Notes: generated by a model from the sequence alone, not told the origin. Shown: positions 27,043-42,129, counted from the first letter of the stretch. The stretch is 64,000 bases of DNA from Eledone cirrhosa (GCA_964016885.1 OZ024741.1:296732001-296796000), one strand, 5' to 3'. Numbers and translations are program-made.

Positions 27043-28895
27043 AACACACACCCGATTCACGACTTTTAAACTTGATCAAAATTATAAGCCTAGCATTTGT
27101 AACAACAATACGATAACGCACATCTCTACCAACAACCACAATTGCAGCATTAAACCTTTTTTGCATTCTTTAAAGGTTACATATAAGTCTTGAGAGGTTA
27201 TTGTTTATCTTGAAATGAGACATGAAGACTTTATAATATCTGCTGACCTTTAAGACGTTTATAACAAGTTGGAACTAGAGACATTTATATAGGAGGAATA
27301 TGTTAAATTCCATTCAGTAAAACTCAAATTAAACTTCCTAAATGCTTTGCGGTATTTGTTTCAGTTCTCTGCTATCTGAGTTCAACTTTACCTTTCATCC
27401 ATTTGAGGCCGATAAAAAAAAGCACCGGTCTAGTATTAGGGTCGATTCTTCCTCTATGTCTCTTCCTCAGTTCCTCTCTTTCTCACTCTCTGTCTTTCTC
27501 TGGAAAAAATAATCTGTTGTATTCAGACCAGGAGAGGAGATGGGCTCCGTCGGGCTTTAAATGCCCAAGAAATGCTGTACGTCACACTACGGCGCCCCTA
27601 CGGAAATTATGGAACTATCACATTACATTAAAACTTTTTCGTCATCTCGGTGTAGACATGGCTCTGTAGTTAATGGGTTCCCTTCACATCTACAAGGTAC
27701 TGGATTCAGCCCTGCTGTGTAGTGGCACCCTAGATAAGTGTCTTTTATTATTGCTTCTACCAATGCCTTGTTTTAAAACACACGCACACCATACAGGAAT
27801 AGACACGTGCATACAAACACACATGTATCGACCATTCAATAAGAAAGATATACGGAGAGATAACGGGTGTCTAGATTTGTCATTTATTTATAACAAACAA
27901 ATGTGTTTATAATTTACAAATCATAAAATATTCTATTTCCCTCTCTTTCTACACCATTACCAAGAACAATAACAAGAACACCACCACCACCAACAACAAC
28001 AATAGCAACACCACACGACAACCACTATCATCACCAACAACAATAGCAATAACAACGCCATCACGACTACTACCATCATCACCACCAACAACAATACTAC
28101 CACTTAACACACGCTCCATCTCTACCACAAACAACACTAACACAGAATCAAAGATTTATCTCATAATAACGTGACTATGTATAACGACTCGAAGCAAACG
28201 ACATTCACTGCAACAAATGGTTAAACATGAAAATATCTAATTTTATGGCTTTTTCGCTGTAATGTGACCCACTCATGCTTTACTTTATCAATCCTGTTAT
28301 CTTTTAGTGCGCGTGTGTGTATATGTGTAATTGCGTGTGCGCATGTGCATGTATGTATATACGTGCGTAGGCCATTCAACCGTATAATATTCGTGTCTAT
28401 GTCTGTGTATACACACACACACACACACACACACAATGTTTTGTAGCATTTTTTGTGTGTTTATGTAAATTTCACCGTCACTCCCACCTCCTCTATAAGT
28501 GTATGTGTGTGTATCACTGTGTTGTGACAATTTCAAACAAGCGTCTTTTTTGTTTCTCTCCAAAGACAGAAAATAAAATGGATAAAAAAAAGCTTGAACT
28601 AAATAACCACCGTGTCAATGCCAAATACGTTATCTTTAAGATAGTGTGTTCGTGTGTGAGCGTGTGTCGTTGGGGAGAGCATTGTTAAGTGTTTGTGTAC
28701 ATATAAGATGTTGATAAGTTTTAAATATCATGAATGGGGAAGTGAATAATAATAATAATGATTTCGTTTATTGGCCACAGGGGCCGACATGTAGGGGACA
28801 ATACAAAGACACGGACAGTGTGGGTTTACAATAATAATAATAAATGTTTCTACTTTTAGCACAAGGCTGGCAATTACTCAAGTGTACTACTGGTG

Positions 28896-31225
28896 TTTAG
28901 CAATATCTATAATCACCATTTTTAGCAGAATAATAGAAGTAGTTATGGTGTCACGAGTAACCACTTTAGCAGAAAGATATGGTAGTCATATCACCAAGAC
29001 TTTAGCTTGTTTTTACATAATTTATTAACAAAGGTTAAGAAGTGAATTAAGCTGGCATGCCAAGAGAAATGAAATAATTCAATTAAGATTACAAGAGAAA
29101 ATACGGTCGACTGGCTGAGGAGTTTGGCCAGGTCCGTAGTAATGTTTTGTCGTTACATATTGTTTGTGCTTACGGAGCAAAAGAACAAGTGGTGTTTACC
29201 TTAGCATGGTCAAGCTGCAAGAGAGCGAGATTTCTGAGCTGACGCGGGAATTTTTCCTACATGGCGTGTAGAGATACATTCTCCTCCGCTGGCGGCGATT
29301 GGCCGAGCTGGGCCAAATAACGCATGGAGAATGTATCTATGATCCCAAGGAACGTAGGTCACTACAATACCTCCTTCCTAGTCGCAAGACGATAAATAAA
29401 ATTGAATCAGCAGGAGAAATGCTGAAAGAGCACATCAATGAAAAAATTGAACAAAAGAATGCATGCAAGAAGAAAAATGAGGTGTTAAGGGCCGTTTTGA
29501 GCCACTGTGTCAAATGACTAGCTGTTTTGCTATTTATACGTGACCACCAGGTGTCTAACAGAAAACGGATAAAGTCTGACATGGGAAAAGTTGCTGTTCT
29601 TGCATTAAATGTTAATGGTAAGTGTTGTACCAGAGCTGTGTAGCTGTTATGATAAGTGTTATACCAGACCTGTTATGGTAAATGTTATACTAGAGCTGTT
29701 ATGGTAAATGCTGTAGCAGAGCTGGCAAGAAGATGATGGGTAGGCGAGAAATTGTCGGCCTCCCAGATGAATTGCCGGAAGTACTAAGCAGCCAGGAAAA
29801 AATATGGCTAGTTGCTTTGAAAAAAAAAAGAAAAAAAAAAGCAAGTTGAATCTTTAGGTGGGTAGTAGTTGAAGTGGTAATTCCATAATTATGGCGAATC
29901 CATAGGAGAAATGGTGGAAATGCTGACAGGTCTAGTTCCATTTGTTGTTTTCCCAGTGAGTCGGGTAAGGTAACAAGATGGATATTGTTATGCTATAGGA
30001 CGATGAGTGTGCAACGAGATGCGAAACTGTTTGAATCCAGTTGCAATTAGCATTCTCGTGTTGCGGTGCAGGTGAATTAAGCTGCAAGTGTCGACAGCAT
30101 GTTTTGGTACCTCCACCAGATGAAAAGGGATCTCGTATAATATTACGACGCTTGAAGATCATATACCATAGACAACATGTTGGTGTGTGACAAAGACGTA
30201 TGTGCATATGCAGGCATGTAATACAGCAAAGAAAATGTGTGCGTGCAGTCATATATACAATAATAGAAACATTTTTTTTTTATATTATACAGTTTAGAAG
30301 AAATAAATGTCCAAACATTGCCTGTAAAAAAAGAAAGAAAGAATTGTTGTTTTTTTTAACAAAAAGTTCGCCTTTTCTTTTCTTTGAAATTTCTTTGGGA
30401 AGCTAGTAGAATTGTTGTTGTTGTTGTTGTTGCTATCAAAGCGAAGTCGAGCGTTGAAGAGCCGTAAGTCACCACGTGAGTTTGGTGTTTGCTTGTTGGT
30501 ATTGCAGGAAGCCGTATCGAAAGAAAAATGTTTCCGTGCTATAATTTTGAAAATACAGCTAATTTATTTTCTTTCAAAGATGTTGTCGTAGGCGGCTGCT
30601 GTTGTTGTTAGAGGTGATAGCCATTTTGATAGTAATTTCCTCGTGTTCGTGTTGACATTTTTTTTTTTTTTTTAAATACTGCTAATTAATTTTTTTAATA
30701 TATTTTAAAGGAGTATATCATACTTAAATACTCCTCCGTCGAGGGTCACCAATTTAGCAATAAAGTATAAGTACCAGTTTAGCAGAATAATATAATTGTA
30801 ATATAGCGCCACGAGGAACCAATTTAGCAGAAGGTTATGATAGGAATATCGACAACGACTTTAGCTTGTTTTTACATAATTTATTAACAAAGGTTAAGAA
30901 GTGAATTAAGCTGGCATGCCAAGAGAAATGAAATAATTCAATTAAGATTACAAGAGAAAATACGGTCGACTGGCTGAGGCGTTTGGCCAGGTCCGTAGTA
31001 ATGTTTTGTCGTTACATATTGTTTGTGCTTACGGAGCAAAAGAACAAGTGGTGTTTACCTTAGCATGGTCAAGCTGCAAGAGAGCGAGATTTCTGAGCTG
31101 ACGCGGGAATTTTTCCTACATGGCGTGTAGAGATACATTCTCCTCCGCTGGCGGCGATTGGCCGAGCTGAGCCAAATAACGCATGGAGAATGTATCTATG
31201 AGCCTAAGGAACGTAGGTCACTAGA
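28896..31225 (-). mobile_element. Non-autonomous Gypsy-like LTR element (~470-bp LTRs) inserted into a SINE
   Basis: LTRs 28896-29365 and 30753-31225. tRNA-Trp-type PBS TGGTGACCCTCGACG at ~30737-30751 (minus), PPT AGGAAGGAGG before TGTAGTG, and GGTG TSD. Splits a SINE (~28840-28895 | 31226-31280); no intact ORF. Confidence 0.85.
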
Positions 31226-31369
31226 GGTGTTTTATTTTATCGACCCAGTAAGGATGAAAGGCAAAGTTAACCTCGGCGAATAATAATTGCTCTAGGTTTC
31301 AAGGAGACACTCGGCAAAAAATGGAATCAATGCTAAAGGAAAAACAAACAAACAAACAACAACAATAAT

Positions 31370-31722
31370 AATAGTTTCTACTTTTGGCACAAGGCCAGCA
31401 ATTACCCAGTACATTACTGGTGCTTTATTTTATCGACCCGGTAAGGATGAAAGGCAAAGTTAACCATGACGGGATTTGAGATCAGACCGTAAAGGGACGT
31501 AACTATGCTGGAAAGCATGGCGTCCCTCCCTCCACTGATACTGCCAATTCAAATAATTGTTTCTACTTTAGGCACAAGGCCAGCAAATACCCAGTGCATT
31601 ACTGGTACTTTATTTTATCGACCCCGTAAGGATGAAAGGCAAAGTCAACCTCGGCGGAATTTGAACTCAGGGACGTAACTATGCTGGAAAGCATGGTGTT
31701 TGACCCTCTACCGATACTGCCA
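31370..31722 (-). mobile_element. Two tandem family A SINEs
   Basis: Near-identical to 1017-1200. Confidence 0.85.
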
Positions 31723-33384
31723 AATAATCTTTGTCTTTTATATATGTATGATGAAATTAATTGATAGAAAAATGACTATATTGTATTTTGCTATATATAT
31801 ATAAAGTATGATAAACAAAAATATGATTGCTTGGGTTTAAATTTGAACAAAAACAAACAAAAATGTAACTAAATGCTTGTTTATATTTAGTTTTATTATT
31901 TAAGAACTAATCTGTGCAACATACTTTGCAGTGTTTATTTCAGATCTTTACGTTCTGAGCCGATAAAATAAAGCACCAGTAATGCACTGGAGTCGATTCA
32001 ATCGACTTTCTCTTCTTCCACAAAACAGTTGGCCTTGTGCCTAAATCAGAAACCATTATGTGGTTGATGATCGATATTTTGACGTCTGCAAACATTTTTT
32101 ATCAGCTAAACTCTTCAAATATTCATTGAATTTTTGTGTAATTTATGTTATACTTTCTGCGGAAAATAATTTTATCCCATTTCATAATGACATCGGGAAA
32201 CGATTTGACGACTCAGCAAACAATTATGCTATATTTCATGGGTTTTGTGAAATAATAATTCAGTAAGTCTTTGATAATTTGACTTGGAACTATAAAACAA
32301 CAATAAATAATGCGAATGTGTAGAGCAGTGCCTGCCATCTTGTAAAAGACGAACTGTTGACGGCGTTCCTTTACTGGTCAGCAGAAAACAGACTTCCTGA
32401 CAGGCAGGTAACAGGACCTGAACTTCACTTGTAGATCACTCTTTCTTGCTAGTATGTCATAGCTAAAGAGATCAATAAAATAAGTACCTGACTTGAAAAA
32501 ATAAGTAATGGGAGTTTGGTGTGATCTATGATCGACTAAACTCTTCAAGCTAATGCCCCAGCATGGCCGTAGTCTAATGATTGAAACCAGAAAAAATATA
32601 TGTAAATATATGTTATTGCTTACACTTAAGTTTGTTTTGCTAAGTTTAGTCGAGATAGAAACCTTACTTGTTATTTATTTTATTTAAAAAATAGCGAGTT
32701 GTAAGATTGCGATTAAATTTGTGGAAAGAACACTTAAGAACGGGCGATAGAATTTATTCTTTTATATCACCACAACTCACTTTTCTTTGGTTATGCTTAA
32801 CTAGATTAACCATTATCAAGTTTACTTCTATCTTGTAATCTACTTCAGTGGTCTCCATATCTTTTTTCACGATACAAACGCTGACTAACTTATGACCAAC
32901 CCTCAAACTGGATATTTTATGGCACAACTCCCGAATATTACTGTGGGGTTTATAAAGTATCCTTAAACTATATATTTCCCGATACGAGCCCCAAATATTA
33001 GTAAATTTATAGAAAAACATCCTCACCGATTTCAGGGGGAAATAATTATTTTTCTTCGTGCTTTTCTTTTTTTTTTTTTTTTTTCCCTCGTAAGCTATCA
33101 ATTAAACTTACCTCCTAAAATGGTGCAAAGGACTTTTTTCCCAATGGAAAATGGAGGAGAAACCCTCGGAATCACCCCCTCCTAATTTTCTTTACCATTT
33201 TCCCCCTGTTTTTTTTTTTTTGTTTTTTTGTGTGATACCAACTAATCTTATCTTCGAACATACTCAAATATTACCGAGAGGTTTATAAAGAACAAGTCAA
33301 AACTTTAAAATCTTTAAACACAAGTCAAAACTTTCAAAAGGTGTATGTATATGTGCGTGACTGTGTATGTATATATATACATAT

Positions 33385-33825
<441 letters not shown>

Positions 33826-34600
33826 CGTGTGTGTGTGTGTGTGTATATATATGTGTGTGTATGTATATATATATGTGTGTGTGTATATATATATGTGTGT
33901 GTATATATATGTGTATATATATATATATATGTGTGTATATATATATATATATATGTGTGTATATATATATATATATATGTGTGTATTTATTTATATATAT
34001 ATATATGACTATCATGTTGTCATTTGTCAATTTGTTACTGTCCCTTATGTACTAGAGCCAGTTGTTTCGACCTTAAAGTACCGAAATAACGTATCTCTAA
34101 CAGTCGACTAATGAAATGGAACTACTGTCTGTATTCGTTGATTTTTCCTGGCTTTGCCCATATCTTATATATATATATATATATATATATTATTTTTGAC
34201 TATGCGTTGGTTGTTTACCGACACCTCAGTATTTAGGTTGGAGCACTCGACGAAGTACGCAGGTTGGTTTGTTTACTCTGGAGTAATGTAAAATAAGTCA
34301 AACATGTTAAAGTTGGCTTCGTTTATTATAATTCTCTGCTATATATATATTTTATTGGCTGTTACCTCACTAGGCAGTACGAATAGAATACAAAATACAG
34401 GTGAATATGGTGCTGTAATGTGTTCCACTCTGTCAATTCAACGATATGTCCAGCTCCTGGGTGTGTTGTTAGTCCTCCGAGCAACTGGAATCATTTTTAT
34501 TTTATTATATATATATATATATAACGAAGGAATTGTAGTAAGGAACCAGATGGACCATAACGCACCAGAGTACTCAATACTTAGGGTAGTAGAGTGGGAA

Positions 34601-34743
34601 ATAGGAAAAAGTATGACCCCGACGGCAGAGCTCAAGCCGTTTCGACGGCTATTTCTCTGTAATCTACTTCTAAGTCCAGAAATAGCCGTCGAAACAGCTT
34701 GAGCTCTGCCGTCGGGGGGGGGGGGGTCATACTTTTTCCTATA
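34601..34743. repeat. Near-perfect palindrome in a TA-flanked element, carrying an HHR 3' half (GAAACagctt)
   Basis: Arms ~34601-34655 / 34678-34743. Confidence 0.7.
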
Positions 34744-34829
34744 TATATATATATTTTTCATCTTTTTTTCTTTATACTTTCACTCGTGTAGGACACCTCG
34801 GTTATTTTTCATTTTGTAAAAAAAACCAC

Positions 34830-34885
<56 letters not shown>

Positions 34886-35391
34886 GAAATAATAATACAA
34901 ATTTGAAAACAGAACCTAATGTGATTTAATTTATTATACATACATGTTACGGAAACTTTAAAAACTTGTATAAAATAGAATAGCTTTTGTGCTTGACCGG
35001 TTTCGCTTAAAACAGCTTTTTGAAAGTTGTAATGTTATTGTCGCTTACGTTTTTTTGTTAAAACAAGGGATGCAATTGGTTGTCTTTTCCCCTTGTGTCA
35101 AGGAAAACACAATCCTTGACAAGGGACATAACGCTGGTCTGACCAGGTATTAAATATTATGTATGCAATAAGTTCAAATTTTTCTGTAAAAAAATTTTCT
35201 TTGCCAATGCGCTTTTCCTCTGGTGTTGGCTGCCAGCAATCGTAGAATGGGAAGACATTGAAATTTAGTAAAGATCGCCTTCTGTGTGGCCTTAACCTAC
35301 CTATCCTACTAGAGTACAAACAAATGAAAAACATTTTACAGGGACGATTTGTACAGAAATCCTTAATCTTTCAATATTTTTATTCTTCCTC

Positions 35392-35557
<166 letters not shown>

Positions 35558-35861
35558 AATATAAATTAGCGAGAATCGTATTTCGGCTTGGGAAATTAGC
35601 GAAAAACAACTTCCGAGATGTGTGGCAAGCGCTCAATAGGTTCTAACGAACCAGAGCTACAACATACGTTAAAAGGCCAAACACTCTGAGACGATGGTTA
35701 AACCATTATCCGCACAGCCATAGAAACGACCAAGTAATTCGGGTCAAACAAATAAAAAATATGATTGAAAAATTTACCCGGACCCCTGGATGGTTGGTGA
35801 AAATCCAGCATTTGGGTTTCTGCGACTCCTAAATCAAGTACTGTCCGCTTAGACAAATAAT

Positions 35862-36045
35862 TGTTTCTATTTTAGGTACAAGGCCAGCAATTACCCAGTG
35901 CATTACTGGTACTTTATTTTATCGACTCCGTAAGGATGAAAGGCAAAGTCAACCTCGGCGGAATTTGAACTCAGATCGTAAAGGGACGTAACTATGCTGT
36001 AAAGCATGGCGTCCGACCCTCCACCGATACTGCCAATCAACCGCC
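35862..36045 (-). mobile_element. Family A SINE nested in the TA-anchored repeat
   Basis: TSD ttagacaaataat (35849-35861 / 36046-36058). Confidence 0.85.
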
Positions 36046-36727
36046 TTAGACAAATAATGTTAAGCTTCTGGTAAGATGATTGAACAAGGAAGTCACTTTC
36101 TCAACAGGCTTTTAGTTCAAGTGCCAGGCCAAGGATTGACCGTTACCAATACCCACGTGGGGCTCGACAAGGGAGGCAACCCTTATTTTTGGCGGATGAA
36201 TTCAGTATGTGTATATTATTGCAAAATTGCAAAATATCACAAAACGAATTAAAGTTAACAAAAAGCTATTCATATATATATATATAAAGTATGTATACGT
36301 ACATACATATATGTATACAGACGTACAGTAGTATGTGTATATATACATACATGTACACATATATATATATGTACGTATGGATTCACCGAACATTTATTAT
36401 AATGCTCGGTTTGTTTGTAAACAAACATCCCGTATTAAGCCGTACAGTGTTTAGCAACCATGTGTGCATGTATGTATACATATATACATACTACTGTACG
36501 TTTGTATACATATATGTATGTACGTATACATACTTATATTTAAGTAACAGCCGTACTAAAAGTGAGAAATTGAATTTCCTTTCATTTTTTCCATTTATCG
36601 TTTTCGGTGCGCCCGGCCGATTAACTCACTCGATATGCAAATTAGGCTGCTCAGCCGTTAATATGCATATATACTTATATATATGCATATATACTTTCAG
36701 ACGTTCAATCATCTGGCAGGAAGGTAT

Positions 36728-36770
36728 ACGGTGCTGACGATAGCTAATAAGCTTGAAACTAATACATCGT
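36728..36770 (+). ncRNA. Minimal hammerhead motif in an inverted+tandem pLTR element (~36285-36965)
   Basis: acggtg-CTGACGA-t agct aata agct t-GAAAC-ta-ATA-catcgt (G->A change in stem III). Confidence 0.6.
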
Positions 36771-37030
36771 TCCTTTGTCAGTGTTGAACAAAAGGGCAAC
36801 TCGGTGAATCCATACGTACATATATATATGTGTGCATGTATGTATATATATACATACTACTGTACGTCTGTATACATACATATATGTATGTACGTATACA
36901 TACTTATATTTAAGTAACAGCCGTACTAAGAGTGAGAAATGAAATTTCGTTTCATTTTTTCCATTTATATATATATATATATATATATATAGTGTGTGTG
37001 TGTGTTTGTGTAGGCGTGTGTGTATATATG

Positions 37031-37070
<40 letters not shown>

Positions 37071-37072
<2 letters not shown>

Positions 37073-37147
37073 GGGTGTCCCAAAACATTGTGTACATATA
37101 TTTAATAGAATGCTGTTGAAGAGTGTATACATTTTTGGGACACCCTG
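37071..37147. mobile_element. Tc1/mariner-type MITE
   Basis: TIR cagggtgtcccaaaa / ttttgggacaccctg. Confidence 0.75.
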
Positions 37148-37299
37148 TATATATAAATATGTGTTTGTATGTATGTATGCATGTATGGGTCTGTCTATAT
37201 CAGTGCAAACATAACTTCGTATCAATGGCTTCTTTCTTGTTCCCTGTTATATGAGGGTGTGTCTGTGTATGTAAGGGTGTGGGTTTATACACGCACACG

Positions 37300-37400
<101 letters not shown>

Positions 37401-37778
37401 ATTATGTATGTATGTATGTATGTATGTATGTATGTATGTATGTATGTATGTATGTACGCGCGCGGCTTATCAGACTGGTCGTACACCTCACACTATCTCC
37501 TCTTTTGTGTCAGGGGAGTGGTGAAGGTAGAAAGAAGGTGGGACATTAAAACAAAAATACTGCCTCCCTATTTCTCTAATCTCTATACATGCCCCCTATC
37601 TATAAGTTAAACATTTCAACGAATGTCCCCACAAAAGGCTTTATTATCAACTTCCTTTGAAATTATTTTGATTTTATGAATGCTATTTCTTGTTTTCTGG
37701 CCGTTGTTGTTGATGTTGTTTTTCATGTTCCTTTCTTTCATTTATTTTTTTCTGAAACATTTTTTCTTTTCTTCCAGA

Positions 37779-37842
37779 ATGGAAATGAAAGTGATTGTGT
37801 CAACAGTGATTCTTTTACTTCAACTAGTAACACTTACCAAAG
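37779..37842 (+). CDS. Integrin beta subunit, coding exon 1 (signal peptide)
   Basis: Pyrimidine tract + AG at 37776-77; MEMKVIVSTVILLLQLVTLTK+G; GTAAAT donor, phase 1. Confidence 0.75.
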
Positions 37843-38029
37843 GTAAATATATTCTTGTATTCTTTACTTACAGTCATTAGACTCAGGCCAATCTCTATTA
37901 TTTTTCTTGCATTCAATCATGTTTTTTCGTTTTCGTTTTCTTCATATTTTTTTTCCGCTTTCTCTCTCTTCTACATTGCCCCCTCCTTTGCCATCGCCAC
38001 AACCATGAGAGTAGAAAATAAATTAGAAT

Positions 38030-38990
38030 GTTTAGCAAAGAAGGGAGGATAATATAACACTAAAAGACCATAAGGACGACTTTATCACTAACCCAACATG
38101 TAGACTCTTTAACCCCGCCAAAACAGAATTAGACCTTATTAATAAAAACTTAGAAATTTTAATAGGAATATTAAAAAACAGTGTAAACTAAACCACTGGG
38201 AAAATAATCATACAGTATTAGATTGATTTAAGTCCCTTAATCATGCAGATAGAGTCAGATTCACCCAATTTGATATTGTGGACTTTTACCTCTTCATACC
38301 CAGCGAGTTACTTGATAAAGACTTCATTGGTAGATTTAATTATATCTACGACTTGAACTGACTGGCCATATCCCACTGCTGAAATCCCTTTTATTTAACA
38401 AGGAGGATACCTGAATAAAGAAATCCACAGCAAACAACTTCTTTGATATCTCTCTAGGGTCATTTGACAGTATGGATGTAGGAAAAAAGGGTTTTAGCTC
38501 TCATAGATACACATGTCCTCCCAAGACAAATACCAGCAAATTTTTAACTGCCATGAGGTTAAAATTGGATACTCCTGTGCCAGAAACATGAAATCCTGCT
38601 TCCTGCATAAACAACAGAGCTCCCAAGCAGATAGATGTTCTTGTAAAAAAGTTGTGCCAACTGAATCAACAATGCAACACCTTAGTGATAATGTACAAAG
38701 CTGAAGTCTCTTCATTGAGTCAACACCACCAAAAGGTATCGTGAAGATATGTTGGAGAGTTTGTTTTAAAAACATATCCTTAATCATGAAACAAAGTTCA
38801 GATACCCAAATAAAAGAAACACCACAAATTTGACAAATACAGTATGGCAAGTCAAAAACTAGAACATAGACTTCTCCCTTAAATAGAAGATATTGGAACA
38901 ATCTCAACCATATATAAATGGGCTCCAAGCTTGCAGATAATGCAATTACGAGAAATTGTGGATGTGGAATAATCTCCACCAGCAAACAGC
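38030..38990 (+). pseudogene. Decayed, internally deleted PLE (RT and GIY-YIG remnants)
   Basis: LKDHKDDF..NPTCRL.NPAKTEL, QFDIVDFY, GSFDS, KYQQIFN..VKIGYSC..NM. Confidence 0.8.
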
Positions 38991-39383
38991 TGTTGAACAA
39001 GCACCTGGAATTCTTCTCATTATGCCCCAATGTGGCAAAACACCTTTTAAAGGAATGGTCTCTTTAACAATTGTTTCCCAAAATATTTTTTCCCTAGAAC
39101 TAACCTTTTTCTTGGCATTTTATACTCTTATTCCCCTTGAGAAGATCAATATAACAACTACAAATGTTGAAGTTGCCCCCTTAGGCCAAAAAAGACCTTT
39201 CTATACCTCTCCCATTATTCTCCCCATATTACATCCCCTTTTGATCACTCTTTTATTGCACTTCCATTAATTAAGCAATTTCTGGTTTGATTCCGCCAGC
39301 ACAGGTTGAAAAAGTTGTTCCTCTAAGCCAACGAAACATCTGTTCTTGGTATGGCTCCATTGTATTAAATGACCTTAATAATT

Positions 39384-39867
39384 ATTTCGACCTTACACAC
39401 TTAGACCTCTCCAAGACAATGTCACTGGACCAAGATCTTTGGCACTACGCAGTAATACAGAAGACCCGCCTTGCCTGAGTACAAAGTGAAACCTACAGGC
39501 AGTAGGCACCTCTTAACCAAAATACACCCCATCTGCACCCCACCCCCATCTGCACCACCCCTTTCGCTGTAAAGTTATGTTGGTACCACAACATCCAGTC
39601 CTAAATAAATGAGGTCATGTAGGTATCACGACAAAAAAACACAGTCTACGCTGTAATGTGGCCATGTAGGTAACACGGTAAAAACCTCCCAGTCCACACT
39701 GTAAACGTGGTTGGTGTTAGGAAGGGCATCCAGCCGTAGAAAACCTGCCAGACAGTCCTACACTAGCAAGACAAACAATCTTGCCTCAAGTCGGACAATT
39801 CCCGTCTAAACCCATGCTAGCGTGGAAGATAGGCGTTAAACGATGATGATGATGATGATGATGATGA

Positions 39868-39870
<3 letters not shown>
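39384..39870 (+). mobile_element. 5'-truncated copy of the RTE LINE 3' end
   Basis: Matches ~49105-49585, including the (GAT)n tail. Confidence 0.85.
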
Positions 39871-39898
<28 letters not shown>

Positions 39899-39903
<5 letters not shown>

Positions 39904-40954
39904 TATGAAGAGAGAAGAAACATTTAGATATAATTAGTAATAAAATGTATCATACCTAAACTGCTCCTAAATTCCTCGACTACGTAGTTTCGTGGCATAA
40001 ACAAAAACAATATATCATAAAGATATAGAGTCCCTGCGAGGTCTGCCGACTTATCAAGAGGATACCTCATTTTACTAGTCTCAAGAACGCGTCTACACGA
40101 CGTGAGAAAGAATCCCAAAAGGCGGAGGGGGAGATAGTCACGCGATATAACGGTCGAGAAACAGAGCTAAGCCTCTTATAACCACAAAGAAAATACCACA
40201 GAGGCGGGGGGGGGGTATTCATATCGAGGCCGCAGAATTGGTCTGTCCCGGTCATTCATTGAGCAACATCGGTGAAGTTGGCACCCTTAACTCACAGTTG
40301 GGTGCGGATGCATTCATGTATATATATGTGTGTGTCCGCATGTATCTGTGTGTTTCTAAATATATTGTTAATAACTCCCTCTGGTCGAGCAATCTTTGAG
40401 GTGTGGGGACAACTGGAAAGCTTCCATTACTCATACTTCTAGCCTTCTTCACCACCTCTTCTGCGGCCTCGATATGAATACCCCCTCCGCCTCTGTGGTA
40501 TTTTCTTCGTGGTTATAAGAGGCTTAGCTCTGTTTCTCGACCGTTATATCGCGTGACTATCTCCCCCTCCGCCTTTTGGGATTCTTTCTCACGTCGTGTA
40601 GACGCGTTCTTGAGACTAGTAAAATGAGGTATCCTCTTGATAAGTCGGCAGACCTCGCAGGGACTCTATATCTTTATGATATATTGTTTTTGTTTATGCC
40701 ACGAAACTACGTAGTCGAGGAATTTAGGAGCAGTTTAGGTATGATACATTTTATTACTAATTATATCTAAATGTTTCTTCTCTCTTCATAATGTATTTTT
40801 AACTCTGATACTGGTTCAGTCTGGTTCAACTGAATTGGTCTGTCCCGGTTATTCATTGAGCAACATCGGTGAAGTTGGCACCCTTAACTCACAGTTGGGT
40901 GCGGATGCATTCATGTATATATGTGTGTGTCCGCATGTATCTGTGTGTTTCTAA

Positions 40955-40963
<9 letters not shown>
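39899..40963 (+). mobile_element. Non-coding pLTR element: ~338-bp inverted arms plus 597-bp tandem period, TA-flanked
   Basis: Arms 39899-40237 / 40459-40795; direct repeat starting 40235 and 40832. Confidence 0.85.
40633..40720 (+). ncRNA. Hammerhead-like motif (UUGAUAA core, long stem II); mirror copy 39974-40061 on minus
   Basis: cctc-TTGATAA-gtcggca...tgccac-GAAAC-tacgta-GTC-gagg; palindrome ACTACGTAGT. Confidence 0.65.
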
Positions 40964-40998
<35 letters not shown>

Positions 40999-42129
40999 GT
41001 TTGCTGATATTTGGATTTGGGCTTTGTTGTTCAGAATCATTAGTGTTAGACAAAGTGCTAATTACAGCCCTTTATGTTCTGAGTTCAAATCCCACTAATG
41101 TCAACTTTGCTTTTCATCCTTCTGGAGTTTATAAAATGCATAACCAGTAAAATACTGGGGTTGATATAATCAATTTTCACTTCCTCACAAATTGCAGCAG
41201 CAACAAGGCATATTTTCTATGCCACAACACCAACAGTACTACCACCATCACCACCACCATTAACAACAACGTCAATAACAGTGACACCACAGTAATAACA
41301 GTGACAGTGGCAACCAGAATATCAAAAACAACTGCTACTACAACAACAACAGCTGTATGACTAACTACAACACCACCAACAACAACAACAAGATGACTAA
41401 CTACAACAACTACAACATCAACAAGAACTGACTATCCCAACATAATAAGGAAATTAATGCAGACATGCTGAATATAATAACAACGTTGGTTAAATTAAGT
41501 TCTACTTGTTGGCTAATCTTCCTTTCAGCTTATTAAATACCAGTTTGAACCAGTTGAGACAAATTTAAGGCAGCTTGATGATTGGAGAGGGTTTCTGGTT
41601 TAAACTGGTAATTTATGTCAGTGACAGATGTTCTAGAAGTGACAGGGGTCAGTATCATTTAGGAGAAATATCAATGCTTGGAAACCTCCTTAATCATAAA
41701 TATTACACTTTATTCAGAATTATATAAATAACATTTGAGGTCAACTTTGTCTTTCCTCCATTCAAGGTTGAAAAAAAAAAGTACTAGTCAAGTACTGGAG
41801 TTGATTCTTCCTCTGTATCTCTTTCTCACCTCCTCTGTCACTTTCTATCCTTCTCTGGAAGAAACCTGGTATGTTCAGACCTGGAGAGTGATTGGCTCTG
41901 CCAGGTTTAAAATGCCCAAGAAATGTATGTATGCCAATATAGAGCCCCTATATCTCCATCAGGAGTTACAGGACCATACCATACCATACATAAATAACAT
42001 TACAAATTTTACAAAGCTGTTTATACAAAAATAAAACACACTATTAAAAAGAAAAATAATAAGAAAAAAAGAAAAAAAAAAAAACAATCCAGCAACGAAA
42101 GATAGGGCGAGGGAGAGGAACAGATACAC

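Noticed and set aside
29400-30730. gag/pol in the LTR element interior
   Set aside because: No recognisable motifs in the short ORFs.
32300-32407. Possible non-coding first exon/promoter of the integrin (CAG|GTAACA)
   Set aside because: An upstream exon is implied by the acceptor before the ATG, but this site cannot be supported without transcript data.
39924-40770. Identical 64-aa ORFs on opposite strands
   Set aside because: By-product of the inverted repeat, with non-ATG starts.
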